Below are positions 49,411 through 62,520 of a stretch of 64,000 bases of DNA, one piece after another. How positions within the stretch are numbered: position 1 is the first letter of the stretch; the number at the start of each line of letters is the position of its first letter. Below the pieces are notes generated by a model. The model saw only the letters and a program-made list of their open reading frames with translations. It made no database searches and was not told where the DNA came from. This DNA comes from Octopus bimaculoides (Eukaryota), in the NCBI RefSeq assembly GCF_001194135.2, contig NC_068988.1, positions 92,384,191 to 92,448,190 of the forward strand. The letters run 5' to 3'. Both the position numbers and the translations under genes were made by a program.

Positions 49411-50826
49411 TTTTAAAGGAATTTATGAAATGAAACCATCTAAAAGCATTTAGATGTACTTAATCTGTAGAATTTTGACTTCATTTCAAATTTTTTTTGT
49501 TTTGTGAAAATCATTAACCCTCTTGGGACACCTGGGCTGATTGGTTGGCTCAAGTGATACATGATGAAAGGACTTTGAGGTTGATCCATTGACCCGATGG
49601 AACAAATGTTGTGAATGATTGGTTTTGAAGTGTAATAGCCAATCAGAGATCATCTTTCAGTACGTATCTTTTTTTTTTTTTTTTACAGAAACATTTATGC
49701 TTATTTTATTTATTTACATGTATTGTGTTGTTTTAGGTTTTCTTATTGTGATAGATGTATTGTACTGTTTATAAGCTTTCATAGAATATATAGTTTTAGA
49801 TACTAATAAAGTAGTTTTAGGTACCTTATCCTTTGTTTTCTACATGCACCTACCAATTTCAATCTCAACAGAAAAAAATGTTTAGTCTTTTTCACTACAC
49901 ATACCAAAATACCATGTGTCTCAAAACAGTTAAATTAAACAGCTTATATGGTAAAGTACAAATGTGTCAGCTTCTAGCTTCTTCAGTTTGAGGCTTCTGT
50001 TCAAATGACTTTGGTCATGGTGAAGCATATTCATGGATGTTGGCCCAGAATCAGCATGAAAAGGCCACATTTGAGTTACTCACTTGACTTTTTTGTAATA
50101 TACACAACACATCCATGAAGCATGTTTGATACTAGAAAGACAAAGTTCTTAATGGAAAATTTTTATAATGTGAATTCAAACTTAAATAAACAACTTTTGC
50201 TTTATCAGAAAAAGAAAATGAATTGGTTATATTGAAAATTATTTCTCTTTCTATAACTGTGAATAAGTGTCTTGTTTTATTTTTCATTCTTCTTACTCTA
50301 TCTCTGTCCTCTTGATTTATAATGAAAACAGTTACTTGGATAATGTAATTGACTATCATCTACTGTTCAAACACTCCATGCTGAAGACACACAATAAACA
50401 GAAAGAGGCAGTCCATGGATGTGGAACTTTAGATAATATTAACTGTACAAACAATAGAACATCTTGAATCACAAACCGGTAATGATACTTTTGAGAGATA
50501 AAAGAGGAAAATAAAAGAAATGAAATCATTTTAATATGCTTTCCTTCTTCTTCTTGATCATCATCATTATCAGCATCATCATCATCATGGTTGTCATCTT
50601 CATTTTAATGTCTGTTTTCACATGCTTACTATTAGTCAGACAGAATTCATTGAGGTAGAGCTTCTTTACAGCTGGATGCCTTTCCTGTCACCAACCCTCA
50701 CCTGTTTCCAAACAAGGTAATATTTACTAATGACTAGACATGTTCTTCACAGAAGATTGGAACTGAACAAATCATTTACAAGCATCACTTGATTCAAGGC
50801 AAATGAATGCATGCACGTGCGTGCAT

Positions 50827-50864
<38 letters not shown>

Positions 50865-51073
50865 TGAGCTTCTTTCAGCTTCCATTAATCAAATGCACTC
50901 TCAAGACTGCTCAATGGGATTAACACTTTAGTATTTAAATTGGCCATAACCAGCCCAAATATTCTACCTGTTTTATGTTAAGACCAGCCAGATCTGGCCT
51001 CCCACATGTATCTTACAATGTCATTCTAAAAACACACAATCATATCATCAAAATCTTGAAGCTATGAGATAAT

Positions 51074-51598
51074 CCTCATCATCTTCATCGTTTAACGTCC
51101 ACTTTCCATGCTAGCATGGGTTGGACGATTTGACTGAGGACTGGTGAACCAGATGGCTACACCAGGCTCCAATCTGATTTGGCAGAGTTTCTACAGCTGG
51201 ATGCCCTTCCTAACACCAACCACTCCGAGAGTGTTATGAGTGCTTTTACATGTCACCGGCATGAAGGCCAGTCAGGCGGTACTGGCAACGGCCACGCTCA
51301 AAATGGTGTATTTTACGTGCCACCTGCACAGGAGCCAGTCCAGTGGTACTGGCAACGAACTCGCTCGAATGTCTTTTCACATGCCCAAGTGCCAGGATCA
51401 CGCTCAAATGGTGCTATATACATGCCACCGGCATGGAAGCCAGACAGCTGGTGCTCTGGCAACGGTCACGCTCGGACGGTACTCTTAGTGATCTGCTGGT
51501 ACAGGTGCCATCCTGATTTCACTTTCGTTTGCCCCAACAGGTCTTCGCAAGCTGAGTTTAGTGTTCAATGAAGAGACGTTGGCATGGGTGCCAGTCTA
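51074..51598 (-). mobile_element. 5'-truncated RTE 3' UTR copy nested in a TTAA MITE
   Basis: Reverse complement of most of 20190-20740. Confidence 0.88.
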
Positions 51599-52255
51599 CA
51601 AATTTATGATAAATTTAAAACAGTCTGAACAAATAAGCATTACATTTGACAGAATAATCTGATAATATGCTGGTGTATATCAAGCAACATAGTTGTGGTT
51701 TAGTACAGAGAGAGGCAACAGGGTAATGCCGTTAGTNNNNNNNNNNNNNNNNNNNNNNNNNNNNNNNNNNNNNNNNNNNNNNNNNNNNNNNNNGGGGGGG
51801 GGGATTTATCTGAATTGTTTGGAATTTAAAACAAGCATTTCTAAGGGTCTCCTTACATTTATCTATTAAAATTTCATGCTGCCTCAGCTTTTCATTTTTT
51901 CATTTTTCATTTTTTTGTTTCTCAGTTGCTAATTGCTAATTTCTCAGTTGTCGCTTTTTTCTACCTGTTCATTTCTCCTGTCATGTTCACAAGTGCCGTG
52001 ACTTAACACTAACTTCTCTTAGCTTAGCATCCCTTGTTTCTCATAGTACACTTCACTCTCCCCTTTTACCTTCCCAACCTCACCTAACAACATTACCCTG
52101 TTGTCTCTCTCTGTACTAGAATATTCTGAATAGTCTGAATGCTAAAGAGTCAAACACTAAAACTATGTGGTCGGGGAGCAAGCTTCTTAACCACACAGGC
52201 ATGCTTGCACCTCCCTTATATGAAGAACAGATGAACTGATAATTAAACTGTGTCA

Positions 52256-52648
52256 GTGGAGGCGCAATGGCCCAGTGGTTAGGGCAGCGGACTCGCGGTC
52301 ATAGGATCGCGGTTTCGATTCCCAGACCGGGCGTTGTGAGTGTTTATTGAGCGAAAACACCTAAAGCTCCACGAGGCTCCGGCAGGGGATGGTGGCGAAC
52401 CCTGCTGTACTCTTTCAGCACAACTTTCTCTCACTCTTACTTCCTGTTTCTGTTGTGCCTGTAATGGAAAAGGGTCAACCTTGTCACACTGTGTCACGCT
52501 GAATATCCCTGAGAACTACGTTAAGGGTACACGTGTCTGTGGAGTGCTCAGCCACTTGCACGTTAATTTCATGAGCAAGCTGTTCCATTGATTGGATCAA
52601 CTGGAACCCTCGACGTCATAAGCGACGGAGTGCCAACAACAACAACAA
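52256..52648 (+). mobile_element. tRNA-derived SINE family B, young full-length copy
   Basis: Box A TGGCCCAGTGG, Box B GGTTTCGATTCC, (CAA)n tail and TGTGTCA direct repeat on both sides. Other copies: 6025-6404(-), 8289-8640(+), 28667-29115(+) and 22075-22300(+, deleted). Confidence 0.9.
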
Positions 52649-52848
52649 ATGTGTCAACCTCTGCAGTCAGACATTTCTATTTGCTCTATGTTTGATATAT
52701 TCATGGATATTGCTCCAGACACAGCATGAGAAGCCGTCACATATGTAACTCCGTAACATATGTTTATATCATTATCTTCTGTTTCTATTATTGTAAGAGA
52801 GTTTCATTCATTGGACAATCCTGGAATATCAAAATCGTTACCAGTTTA

Positions 52849-53010
52849 GGCACAGGCGTGACTGTGTGGTAAGAAGTTTGCTTCCCAACCACATGGTTCA
52901 AGGTTCATTCCCACTGTGTGGCACCTTGGGCAAATGCCTTCTACTATAGCTTTGGGCCAACCAAAGTCTTGTGAGTGGATTTGGTAGACAGAAACTGAAA
53001 GAAGCCCTTC

Positions 53011-53042
<32 letters not shown>

Positions 53043-53245
53043 TTGTCCCTCCCCTGCTTGACAACTGGTGTTGGTGTGTTTATGTCCCTGTAATCTAGTG
53101 GTTTGGCAAGGGAGACCAATAGAATTAAGTACCAGGCTTCAAACAATAAGTACTGGGTGGGTCGATTCATTCAACTGAAGCTCTTCAAGGTGGTGCCCCA
53201 ACAGGACTGCAGTCTAATGTTTGAAACAAGCAAAAGATAATAAAG
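52849..53245 (+). mobile_element. SINE family A
   Basis: Full-length copy. Confidence 0.85.
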
Positions 53246-54174
53246 TATTTTATGTTTGTTTTCCAGGCTTCCATGAGTTGAACGGGTTGTCATGTTCCAA
53301 TTTAGTTCTTATTTGAAGTTACTGCATTTTTGGATGTGTTGGAGGATGATGTCTCACTTGTACGTTCCATTTTTGACATGGTTTCCGTGTCCAGATGTTG
53401 TTCCTAAATCAGCCACTTTGCAGAGTGTATTCGGTGCACTTTGTCATGGTACTAATATAAGAAAAGTTGACTTGTCTTCTGTGAGATTAAGAAGTCCTCC
53501 TAAGAAGCCTCAGTTGTTTACAAGGCAGATGTGATGGAGAGCGTAAATAGAAAGGGAGTGATGATCAAGGGTGTGAAAAAAGAGAGAGTACGAATATGAG
53601 TGTAATGTAGTTGGCGGGGGTGGAGGAATAGAATAATGGAATTGTAGGATAGGTGGGGAAAATATGACAGTCAGTGATAGGCCACACATTGATTAGCTGT
53701 AAGATGTTGAATAGAAAATAGCATGAGCAGATTGAAAGAATAGCAATAAAGATGTCATGAAAAGATGGGAGAGAGTGAGAGAGAGAATGAATGATAAATA
53801 ACAATGGAGATGGGTGATAGCAAAAGTGGTAGGGGGGAGGAGTAATGGAAGAGAATGATGCTACACATTGGTTGTTGGTAGTTTATAGGACGTTGACTAG
53901 AAAATCGCATAAGCAGCTTGATGAGATAGCAATAAATGTCTCCTAGTTGGAATGAGCTGGGGGTGGATAGCAAGGGATGGATGATGGTGAGAGTGGTAGA
54001 TATCAGTGAAGAGTCAGATGAGAGATGGAGAACGATGGTTAGCAGTGGAGTGTAACAGAAAGGGGGACTGAATATGCATAAATCTGATGCCATCCTTCGT
54101 TACGCAGGTGTCGTGATGGAAGAGAGGAAAGGTGACGAGAAAGAAAAGGTGGGTGATAATGGTAATGGATGACA

Positions 54175-55915
54175 GTAGAGCCCTATACAGGGATGCTGTC
54201 AGTAATGTGAGGGTTGACAACGAGTACAGTGGAGAATTCTAAGTAGAGGGGTTCACCAAGGATCAGTCCTCAGCTCCCTCTTATTCATTATCGTCCTCCA
54301 GGCAATAACAGAAGAATTCAAGACAGGCTGCCCCTGGGGGCTCCTCTATGCTGATGACCTTGCTCTAATAGCCGAATCACTACTAGAACTAGAGACAAAA
54401 CTTAGGGTGTGGAAGCAAGGTCTAGAATCGAAAGGCCTTAGGGTTAACCTAGCAAAAACCAGTCTTAGTAAGTAGGAAGGCAGTCAAATCACAACCCCCT
54501 TCAAGTAGATGGCCCTGCTCGATCTGTACAAAGGACGTGAGTAGAAACTCCATACGGTGTACCTGATGTTAGCTATGGACACATAAAAGGTGCAGCAATA
54601 TCAAAGGAAGGTTAACCGGGAAGATAGATTTTGTGTGTGTGGCAGATGCACAGGGGCAATAAACACTGAAGATATACAGAAAACAGATTCCATCAAGTGC
54701 TAGGGGGAGAAACTAGAAGTAGTTAATAGCTTCCACTACCTAGGCGACCAAGTCTATAGTGGGGGTGGTCGCTCTGAGAGTGTAGCGACTACAATAAGAA
54801 TAGCCTAGGCAAAGTTTGGGGAGTTCCTTCCTCTGCTGGCAACTAAAGGCCTGTCGCTCAGGATGAAAGGTTGACTCTATGATGCATGTGTGTGAACTGC
54901 TAAGCTACACAGCAGTGAAACATGGGCCATGACTGCTGAGGACATGCATAGGCTTGAAAGAAATGAAGCTGGTACGATCTGCTGGATGTGTAATGTCAGT
55001 CTGCATACACGATGGAGTGTAAGCACCCTGAGAGAAAAGTTGGATATAAGAAGCATCAAATGTGGTGTGCAATAGAGACGACTGCACTGGTATGGTTATG
55101 ATGTGTATGGATGAGGACAGTAGTGTGAGGAAGTGCCACTCCCTAATTGTCGAAGGAACCTGTGGAAGAGGTAGACCCAAGAAGACATGGGATGAGGTGA
55201 TGAAGCATGACCTTCGAACAGTGTGCCTCACAGCGATGATGACAGGAGACCGAGACCTTTGGAGATATACTGTGATTGAGAAGACTTGGCAACTAAAGCG
55301 AGATTGCAGCCATGCGTATCAGGCCCAGTTAAGAGTACCCCTGATGCGTCAATATGATATGCTTTAGAAGAACTGTTGAGTCAAGTAAAACCAATATTGT
55401 AGCTGTGGCCAGTGCCCCCCGACTGGCTCCCATGCCACTGGCATGTAAAAGGCACCATCTGAATGTGGCTGATGCCAGTACCCCCTCATCGGCTCTCGTA
55501 CCGGTGGCACATAAAAAGCACTATTCGAACGCGATCGATACCAGGACCACATGGTTGACCCCTGTGCCGGTGGCACGTAAAAAGCACTATCTGAACGTGG
55601 CCCATGCCAGTACCCTCTGACTGGCTCCCATGCTGGTGGCACATAAAAAGCACTATTGAACATGAACAATGCCAGGCCTTCCTAACTGGCTCCTGTGCCG
55701 GTGACACGTAAAAAGTACCCACTACACTCTTGGAGTGGTTGGCATTAGGAAAGGCATCCAACTGTAGAAACATTGCCAGATCAGATTGGAGCCTGGTGCA
55801 CCCACTGACTCTCCAGTCCTCAGTTAAACTGTCCAACCCATGCCAGCATGGAAAACGGATGTTAAACGATGATGATTTTGATGATGATGATGAGGATGAG
55901 GATGATGATGATGCA
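54175..55915 (+). mobile_element. RTE-clade LINE, 3' 1.7 kb (RT C-terminal half, long repeat-containing 3' UTR, (GAT)n tail)
   Basis: LSSLLFIIVLQAITEEFKTGCPWGLLYADDLALIAES; Cys-rich insert WPCSIC...CGRC; GRGRPKKTW. The UTR ends GGCATTAGGAAAGGCATCC...CATGGAAAACGGATGTTAAAC(GAT)n. Confidence 0.92.
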
Positions 55916-56149
55916 GTATCATCCTTTGTTACGCAGGTGGTATGGGTGTGGCAGGTGAGAGAGCAAAGTACAGTAGTGATGGAGGGATAACTAGCAGGTA
56001 GGGAGAGAGCCAATGTTAAATGCCTCAACCTCCGTCATATTTTAATGACAGTATTGCTAAGACGGTCAAGTCTTCTCCAGCATCATATGTCATCAATTTT
56101 CATGCTGTCTACTTTGTGGGTTTCATCTTCTTGAAGTCAGTTTTTATCA

Positions 56150-56560
56150 CTTCGTTCTAAGTCTTTATTGTGAGTCATCACTTATCAGAGTAAGAAGATG
56201 GATCTCAACTTCTTGAGATCAGTCTTTCTCACATTATCTTCTCCAGGTCTTCCTCGGTCTTACTATACAATAAATTCCATAAACTCCATAAACATCTCTT
56301 GCCCATATCAGTGCAGTCTTTTCCTTGTACTCCGTTGTTGACACATCCATCATGATTTTACGCATCCAACAGAGCATGCCCCTTCATTTCTTTTTAACTT
56401 ACACAAATCCTCTGCATTCATAGCATATGTCTTGCTACCAGCCATGCAATATCGCACTTCATACACAAGCATTGTATAATCTGCCTTTCATTCTGAGAGA
56501 GAAACCCATTTTTACCAGCAGCAACTCAATGGGGTTTTTTTTTCCACTCTGGTTACTATT
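56150..56560 (-). mobile_element. Older RTE RT C-terminal fragment
   Basis: The minus strand reads GFSLRMKGRLYNACV..AILHG, matching the 54850-55000 region. Confidence 0.7.
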
Positions 56561-57555
56561 TTCACACTTTTTCACTCTGGCTACTATGTGTTCTCACTTT
56601 GGTTACTATGTTTTCAGCACCTCTCCACCTGATAAGGGACATTTAGGAACTATTAACTACTACTGAGTTTTCTCATCTTTGTAGGAATTATTTCTCATGT
56701 ATTTATTACTGCTAACTATTCCTGTACATCTACCCTTTTCAACATCTACATTCTCTGACAGTATACCTGTAACCCCACTACATCTATTGTGCGTCTACTT
56801 TATTACACTGGGTATATTGTTTAGAATTTCTGCCTCCTTCTCTTTGCGTATGGAACACAGTTGTTTCTCATATGGTGTATTGAAAATGTGACTATGATTG
56901 AGTTATAACACGTTTTCTTTTTTTGTTTGTTTTCATATTTTCATGAGTCTTGCATTTCATTTAGAAAATTCCTAAGTCCAGTATCATAGATAGATAGAAA
57001 GATAGATATACTGTTTTATATGTTTTAGGAAAATATTCTCAAAAGATGAAATAATATTCATTGTCATAAAAATAGCACATTATAACAGTAATTCTGGTCA
57101 ATTGTCCAGGAATGGTCCATATATCTGCCAGAATGGACAGCATGTCAGTAGACCTAATTGTCCTGGAATCTTGGAACCATGCTCATTAACATGGAAATTG
57201 AGACTGGGGGCAGGGATTTAATGAAATTCAATGAGAAGGTTGAAGGTGTGATGGAGACTACACATACATATATCAAAACTAAAAGGACTTTCGGATTACC
57301 TTGTATATAGAGAAGGGCTTCATTAACTGTTCTAGTCTGCTATACTATTTCTAGCAAACAAGGATTATTACTAGCAAATATTTCATCTCAGTTGTTGTCA
57401 GTTACAGCAGTAGTGGTGGCAGTTGTGGTACAGTAAGCTGAATTTAGGACTTGGTTTCGATTCCCAGGTGGAATTATTTTGTCTTTGACATGTTACAATT
57501 GTCCATAATTTCCTTGTGCTATAAATGTCAGGTTTTGTCAAATACTTTCATATAA

Positions 57556-57920
57556 TGGGAATAGCTGTGTAGTTAAGAAGCTTGCTTCCCATCTATATGG
57601 TCCTGGGTTCAGTCCCACTGTGCAGCACCTTGGGCAAATATAGCCTTGTGAGTGAATTTGGTAGACGGAAACTGAAAGAAGTCCATAGTATATGTGTCTG
57701 TGTGTCCTTGTAATTGTATCCCAACCACCGTTTGATAACTGATATTGGTTTATTTACATACCCGTAACTTAGAGGTTTAGCGAAAGAGACCGATAGAATA
57801 AGTACCAGGCTTCAAAAAAAAAATTACGGGGGCGGGGTGCAATTTGTTCGACTAAACCCTTCAAGGTGTTACCCCAGCATGGCCGCAGTCCACTGACTGA
57901 AACAAGTAAAAGATAAAAGA
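57556..57920 (+). mobile_element. SINE family A
   Basis: Full-length copy; the 3' half retains CpGs. Confidence 0.85.
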
Positions 57921-58548
57921 CAACTTAATTGTATTTGTTATATGTCCGGATTGAAGACCAAAACTGACCCGCTGACCTTATTTGTAAAGAGTTTTGAAGG
58001 GCCTCACCCAAAGCAATAACACCGAATAAAACTGTTTATTTCTGTCTATGTTGGCAGTGATAGTAATAATGGTGGTGGTGATGTCGGAGGGGCACGTCAT
58101 TGATCTATCTTTTGTATATAATAAACTGGAAGTATAAGTATCGATTGGTTTTAGTAGTTATATTGACAAAGTTGTGTGAGGGGCCAAGCTAGAAGAGTAC
58201 GAATGTCCGACAGCCAGCACACAGAGAAAATGAGTGAGAGAGAGAGAGAGCTGATCTTCTACATCCATATCAAGCATTTCGGAATAACAGAATATATAAA
58301 TAAATAAATAATATTCTTGCAGAGAACAAAATCAATAACTTAACAAAACACAAATAGCGTGAAGTAAACAGCTCAGCCAGAAAAGCACGTTTTAATTCCA
58401 ATAAACTTTAGACTATAATTTTCAGATTCTTTGAATTGTCTCTCCCTCCGTCACCACAAGACACACACACACAATCTTTGTTACACTCCACCATAACAGT
58501 CACACACACACACCATAACATACACTCTCACACCCTTCATCGCGCGCG

Positions 58549-58595
<47 letters not shown>

Positions 58596-59168
58596 ACATC
58601 CCACATACCCGTACATATCCCGTGATCGACACACACACACACACNNNNNNNNNNNNNNNNNNNNNNNNNNNNNNNNNNNNNNNNNNNNNNNNNNNNNNNN
58701 NNNNNNNNNNNNNNNNNNNNNNNNNNNNNNNNNNNNNNNNNNNNNNNNNNNNNNNNNNNNNNNNNNNNNNNNNNNNNNNNNNNNNNNNNNNNNNNNNNNN
58801 NNNNNNNNNNNNNNNNNNNNNNNNNNNNNNNNNNNNNNNNNNNNNNNNNNNNNNNNNNNNNNNNNNNNNNNNNNNNNNNNNNNNNNNNNNNNNNNNNNNN
58901 NNNNNNNNNNNNNNNNNNNNNNNNNNNNNNNNNNNNNNNNNNNNNNNNNNNNNATGAAAACATTTTTCGTTTGTTTCCCGATGCTATGACGTATTGAACC
59001 TGGAACAATTAGTTTGAAATAATATTTCTGGGGTATACTTAGATCTCTTAGACGCAGCTACACTAAAACATAATTTTCAAAAATATAATTATATTAGTCA
59101 TTCATAACAAAAGGAAAAGAAAGTGAAAATTTTTTTCTTGTTTTATAAATTTTCTAACTCGACCCATG

Positions 59169-59402
59169 CAGGTCGATGTGCTGGCAGAACTGTTAGCACA
59201 CCGGGCGAAATGCTTAGCGGTATTTCGTCTGCCATTACGTTCTGAGTTCAAATTCCGCCGAGGTCGACTTTGCCTTTCATCCTTTCGGGGTCGATAAATT
59301 AAGTACCAGTTACGCACTGGGGTCGATGTAATCGACTTAATCCGTTTGTCTGTCCTTGTTTGTTCCCTCTATATTTAGCCCCTTGTGGGCAATGAAAAAA
59401 TA
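59169..59402 (+). mobile_element. tRNA-derived SINE family C (core GGTCGACTTTGCCTTTCATCCTTTCGGGGTCGATAAATTAAGTACCAG)
   Basis: Near-consensus copy. Others: 2395-2610(-), 10720-10930(-), 11285-11390(-), 22350-22570(-), 38895-39115(+), 42205-42425(+), 48968-49166(-), 49196-49410(+), 59405-59610(+), 60480-60690(-), 62575-62799(-), 62820-63034(-), 63370-63570(-), 63636-63845(+). Confidence 0.88.
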
Positions 59403-59829
59403 AGAACTGCTAGAGCGTCAGGGAAGGGGAAGGGGAAAGGCCTTGCGGCATTTGCTCCGGCTCTTTACGTTCTGAGTTCAAGTCAGGTCGAGGTGAAATT
59501 TGTCTTTCATCCCTTTCGGGATTGATAACATAGAATACCAGTCAAAAACTGGGGTCGATGGTACTGACTGAACCCCTCATTCAAAATTGTAGGCCTTGTA
59601 CCGAATTAGAAACAATTTATATCCCAGCAGAGTTGGCAACGTAAGTTGCTATTGTTGTTCAATCCCGATCAAACAGATTTCGACCAAAAGCATTCTAGCT
59701 ATAATTATGCCATCTTTTAGACATTGCATCTAGGAGTTCATTATCCTCCGTGTACTTTTTTTTTTCAATACAGGGTGTAACTGAGGGTGAGGGAAGCTAA
59801 TTATCGCCCCTTTTGAGATATTTTTAATA

Positions 59830-61330
59830 GTTCAAAAGCCATTAATAACGGTGTTCTTTAACACATTCAATCTCTCTTCCATTGCCTCAATGATCATCAG
59901 TACAGTTTCAGTAACGTCAGATGCGTTGGAAATTTCTCTGTTCTGTTGCTCACCAATAGGTTTTCGCTCTTGAGGAATTTGACGAAACAATGTTATTGCT
60001 GTCGACATCAGCAAACGCTTTCGACTTCTCCGGCGTGTGAAACCCGCTGTGAAAAACTATACGCTAATACGCTCCTTCGTATATCATCTCTTGGACCAGA
60101 AACTTCTAATCAGATCGTACTATCGCAGTTTGTGCTGTCAGAGTTCTCTTGGTCTGTCCCGCGCGCTGTCAAACCCTGGTGTATCTCAGGATTCAGTTCT
60201 GTTCCTACACTTCCTCCTATACTTATATAACATACTTACTCTCACGTCCAACAACGTCCACTCTTACGCAGATATCATTCGCCATTCTTCTCTATCTTTC
60301 CCAGTCTAAACATCATCCACATCCAACCAAGGCATTTCGTATCCAACCTGCACTGACGCTAGAAAGAGAGACCTCGAAATAGCCTCTAATGGTGTCTTGC
60401 CAATCTTGTCTCTTTTATCAGTACCCCTCCCGCACCCGCACCCCCACCCCAAATCACTTAAAAACAAAGACACTGCTCATATTAGTATCAAATTTTGGTA
60501 CAAGGCCAGCATTTTCGAGGGGAGGGGCTAAGTTGATTACTTCAGTGTCCAACTGGTACTTATATTATTGACCCCAAAAAGATGAAAAGCAAAGTCGAAC
60601 TCGGCGGAATTTGAACCCAGAACATAAACACGGACGAAATGCTGCTAAGTGTTCGACGTGTTGATGATTCTGCCAGCTCGCTGCCTTAGACATGGCTCAT
60701 ATTAAGGAAACATCATCGACCTAACTATTCCTTAATGATGAACTGAACATAACTAGGGACTCCATAATCACTCCAAATGCTGTTTCTCGCTATCACAGAA
60801 GAGTTTTCATGGTGAACACACATCCTTAACATAACTGTAACCATATCTCAAAGATTTGACCTTCTTTTCAGAGCCAGAAAATTCTTCAGCTCTCAATAAT
60901 TACTTCCCTCTATCCCAGAAATCTCAGTTGACACCCACAACCGAATACAACTTCTACATCCGGGGAGGTACTACTGCTACACAGACAGACGTTCTAGACT
61001 GCATCCAGAGATATGCCACTTGACAGTTCAAGTATAAAGTCACAGACAAACCAAAGCATCAAAGCCTCAGACTTGCTGTCGCATCTCTTTGCCTTTTCAT
61101 CGCATCGCAATGGCCTCTGCTCTTTGCAGCTGGCTGGTCTCATACCACTCCCATCCAGGCACTTTTGACACAACCTCTCATCCCGTTGACTCCGCCCACT
61201 GTGTTTCCACTCCACCTCAGGTTTCACATTAACCACTGCGTGTCCAGTCCTTCCTTCCTTCCTTCCTTCGCAGGTCGGTCTTCTGGAATTCATTCTTTGC
61301 TTCTGCCTTTCCTGTAATCATCGACTTGCA
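59830..61330 (+). mobile_element. CR1/Jockey-group LINE RT fragment, interrupted by a SINE at ~60480-60690
   Basis: LNDHQYSF, AVDISKRF, NPGVSQDSVL, NVHSYAD and PTTEYNFYIRGG...DVLDCIQR; heavily frameshifted. Confidence 0.78.
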
Positions 61331-62149
61331 ACAGTTTAAGAAATGTTAACAAGACGAGTCTCACTGGTCCCGCAGGGAACTATGAAAACCAAAGGTATTG
61401 CTCCTACTTCCAGACCTAGTAATTAAAAAAATATATATGGCGTCTCACTTGTGCATAAAGAAGTAGTTTGGGGGTAGTCAGGTATCATTAGAATCCCTAA
61501 AAGAATCAAGAGGGGATAATAAAAAAATACAAAAATGCCAGAGTCGAACGAGAAATTTCTCGCCAATCAAGACTTAATTGTTAACAAGGAAAGATTAACA
61601 GGAGAGAGAAAAAAAAATGGTATTTAAAAGACTGTTCATATTTTTTTGCCAAAAACACATGCAGCATTTACTAGAATCTTATAAAGCCATAAATATGAAT
61701 CATAATTAATTGCTTCACGGATAGATATGAACCGCTATAGAAACTATTTCGCCCAGTGGTTTCTAATCTTTTCTATTCCCCACATCCTCCGGAAATGTTT
61801 GATTGATTTTCGCACCCCTACAAAAGTAATATTAGATTTGAAGAAGAAAAATCCTTTGAAGATGAAAAAGCTAATTTTCTAATAACGAATTTATTATTTT
61901 TTTAAATTGGACCACATGCAGTAATGTGGGGAAGGGGAACAAGTTAAACTAAAAAAAAAAAAAATTGACTGAGTGCATAAAATACAAATATAAATTGAAC
62001 AAGTAAAACAAAACGAAATAGAAAAAAAACTGTAAATAGTGAAATCATGGAATCAATCAGAATTGCGAAGATGAAATGAATGACTTCATTGTTCCTGCTT
62101 TTCATTCATGAATTTATCAAATCGTGGGGTTTTTTTCTTCTTAACCGTG

Positions 62150-62520
62150 ATCCACAAGTTTTCCTGTGGATATAGGTAATTCAGTAGATTTTGTCTGGAG
62201 TGAGAAAAGAAAACTGAATCCAGATTCATACAAGTATGTCGTTGCAGATGGCATGAGGATACTTATTGGTAATAATCGTTTAAGAGTAAAATCTATATAT
62301 TTCTTGCGATCCTTCCTTGTGGTATTCTAACTACATGTCCGTAATACTGGAGTTGTGACCTCTCAACGCGGAGAAGTGGCGGCTTGACCTGGAGACACTC
62401 CCTGATCTCCGGGCTATGCTTTCTGTTGAGAAACGTTACTTCAGAGATCCTTCGGAGGAAACCCATTTCGGCCGTTTGTATTTGTGATCTTACTGTTTTC
62501 GTTATTACTTAATATTCATG
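62150..62520 (-). mobile_element. Rex3/Expander-like RTE fragment
   Basis: Minus strand: QIQTAEMGFLRRISEVTFLNRKHSPEIRECLQVKPPLLRVERSQLQYYGHVVR. A decayed homologue lies at ~22905-23065 (+). Confidence 0.75.

Noticed and set aside
52256-52330. tRNA gene candidates (Box A/Box B motifs at many SINE heads)
   Set aside because: No complete cloverleaf with an acceptor stem. Each continues into a multi-copy SINE body.
55390-55735. CRISPR-like repeat-spacer appearance (also 20290-20570 and 51240-51500)
   Set aside because: Eukaryotic context, the spacers are homologous to each other, there are no cas genes, and the array is part of a LINE 3' UTR.
54086-55940. CATCCTT(C/T)GTTACGCAGGTG on both sides of the RTE as a TSD
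   Set aside because: The left copy is ~85 bp away from the element's 5' end and the downstream contexts differ. More likely two remnants of another repeat.
59832-60014. Protein-like minus-strand ORF (RQIPQERKPIGEQQ...)
   Set aside because: It is the antisense frame of the CR1-like RT fragment on the plus strand.
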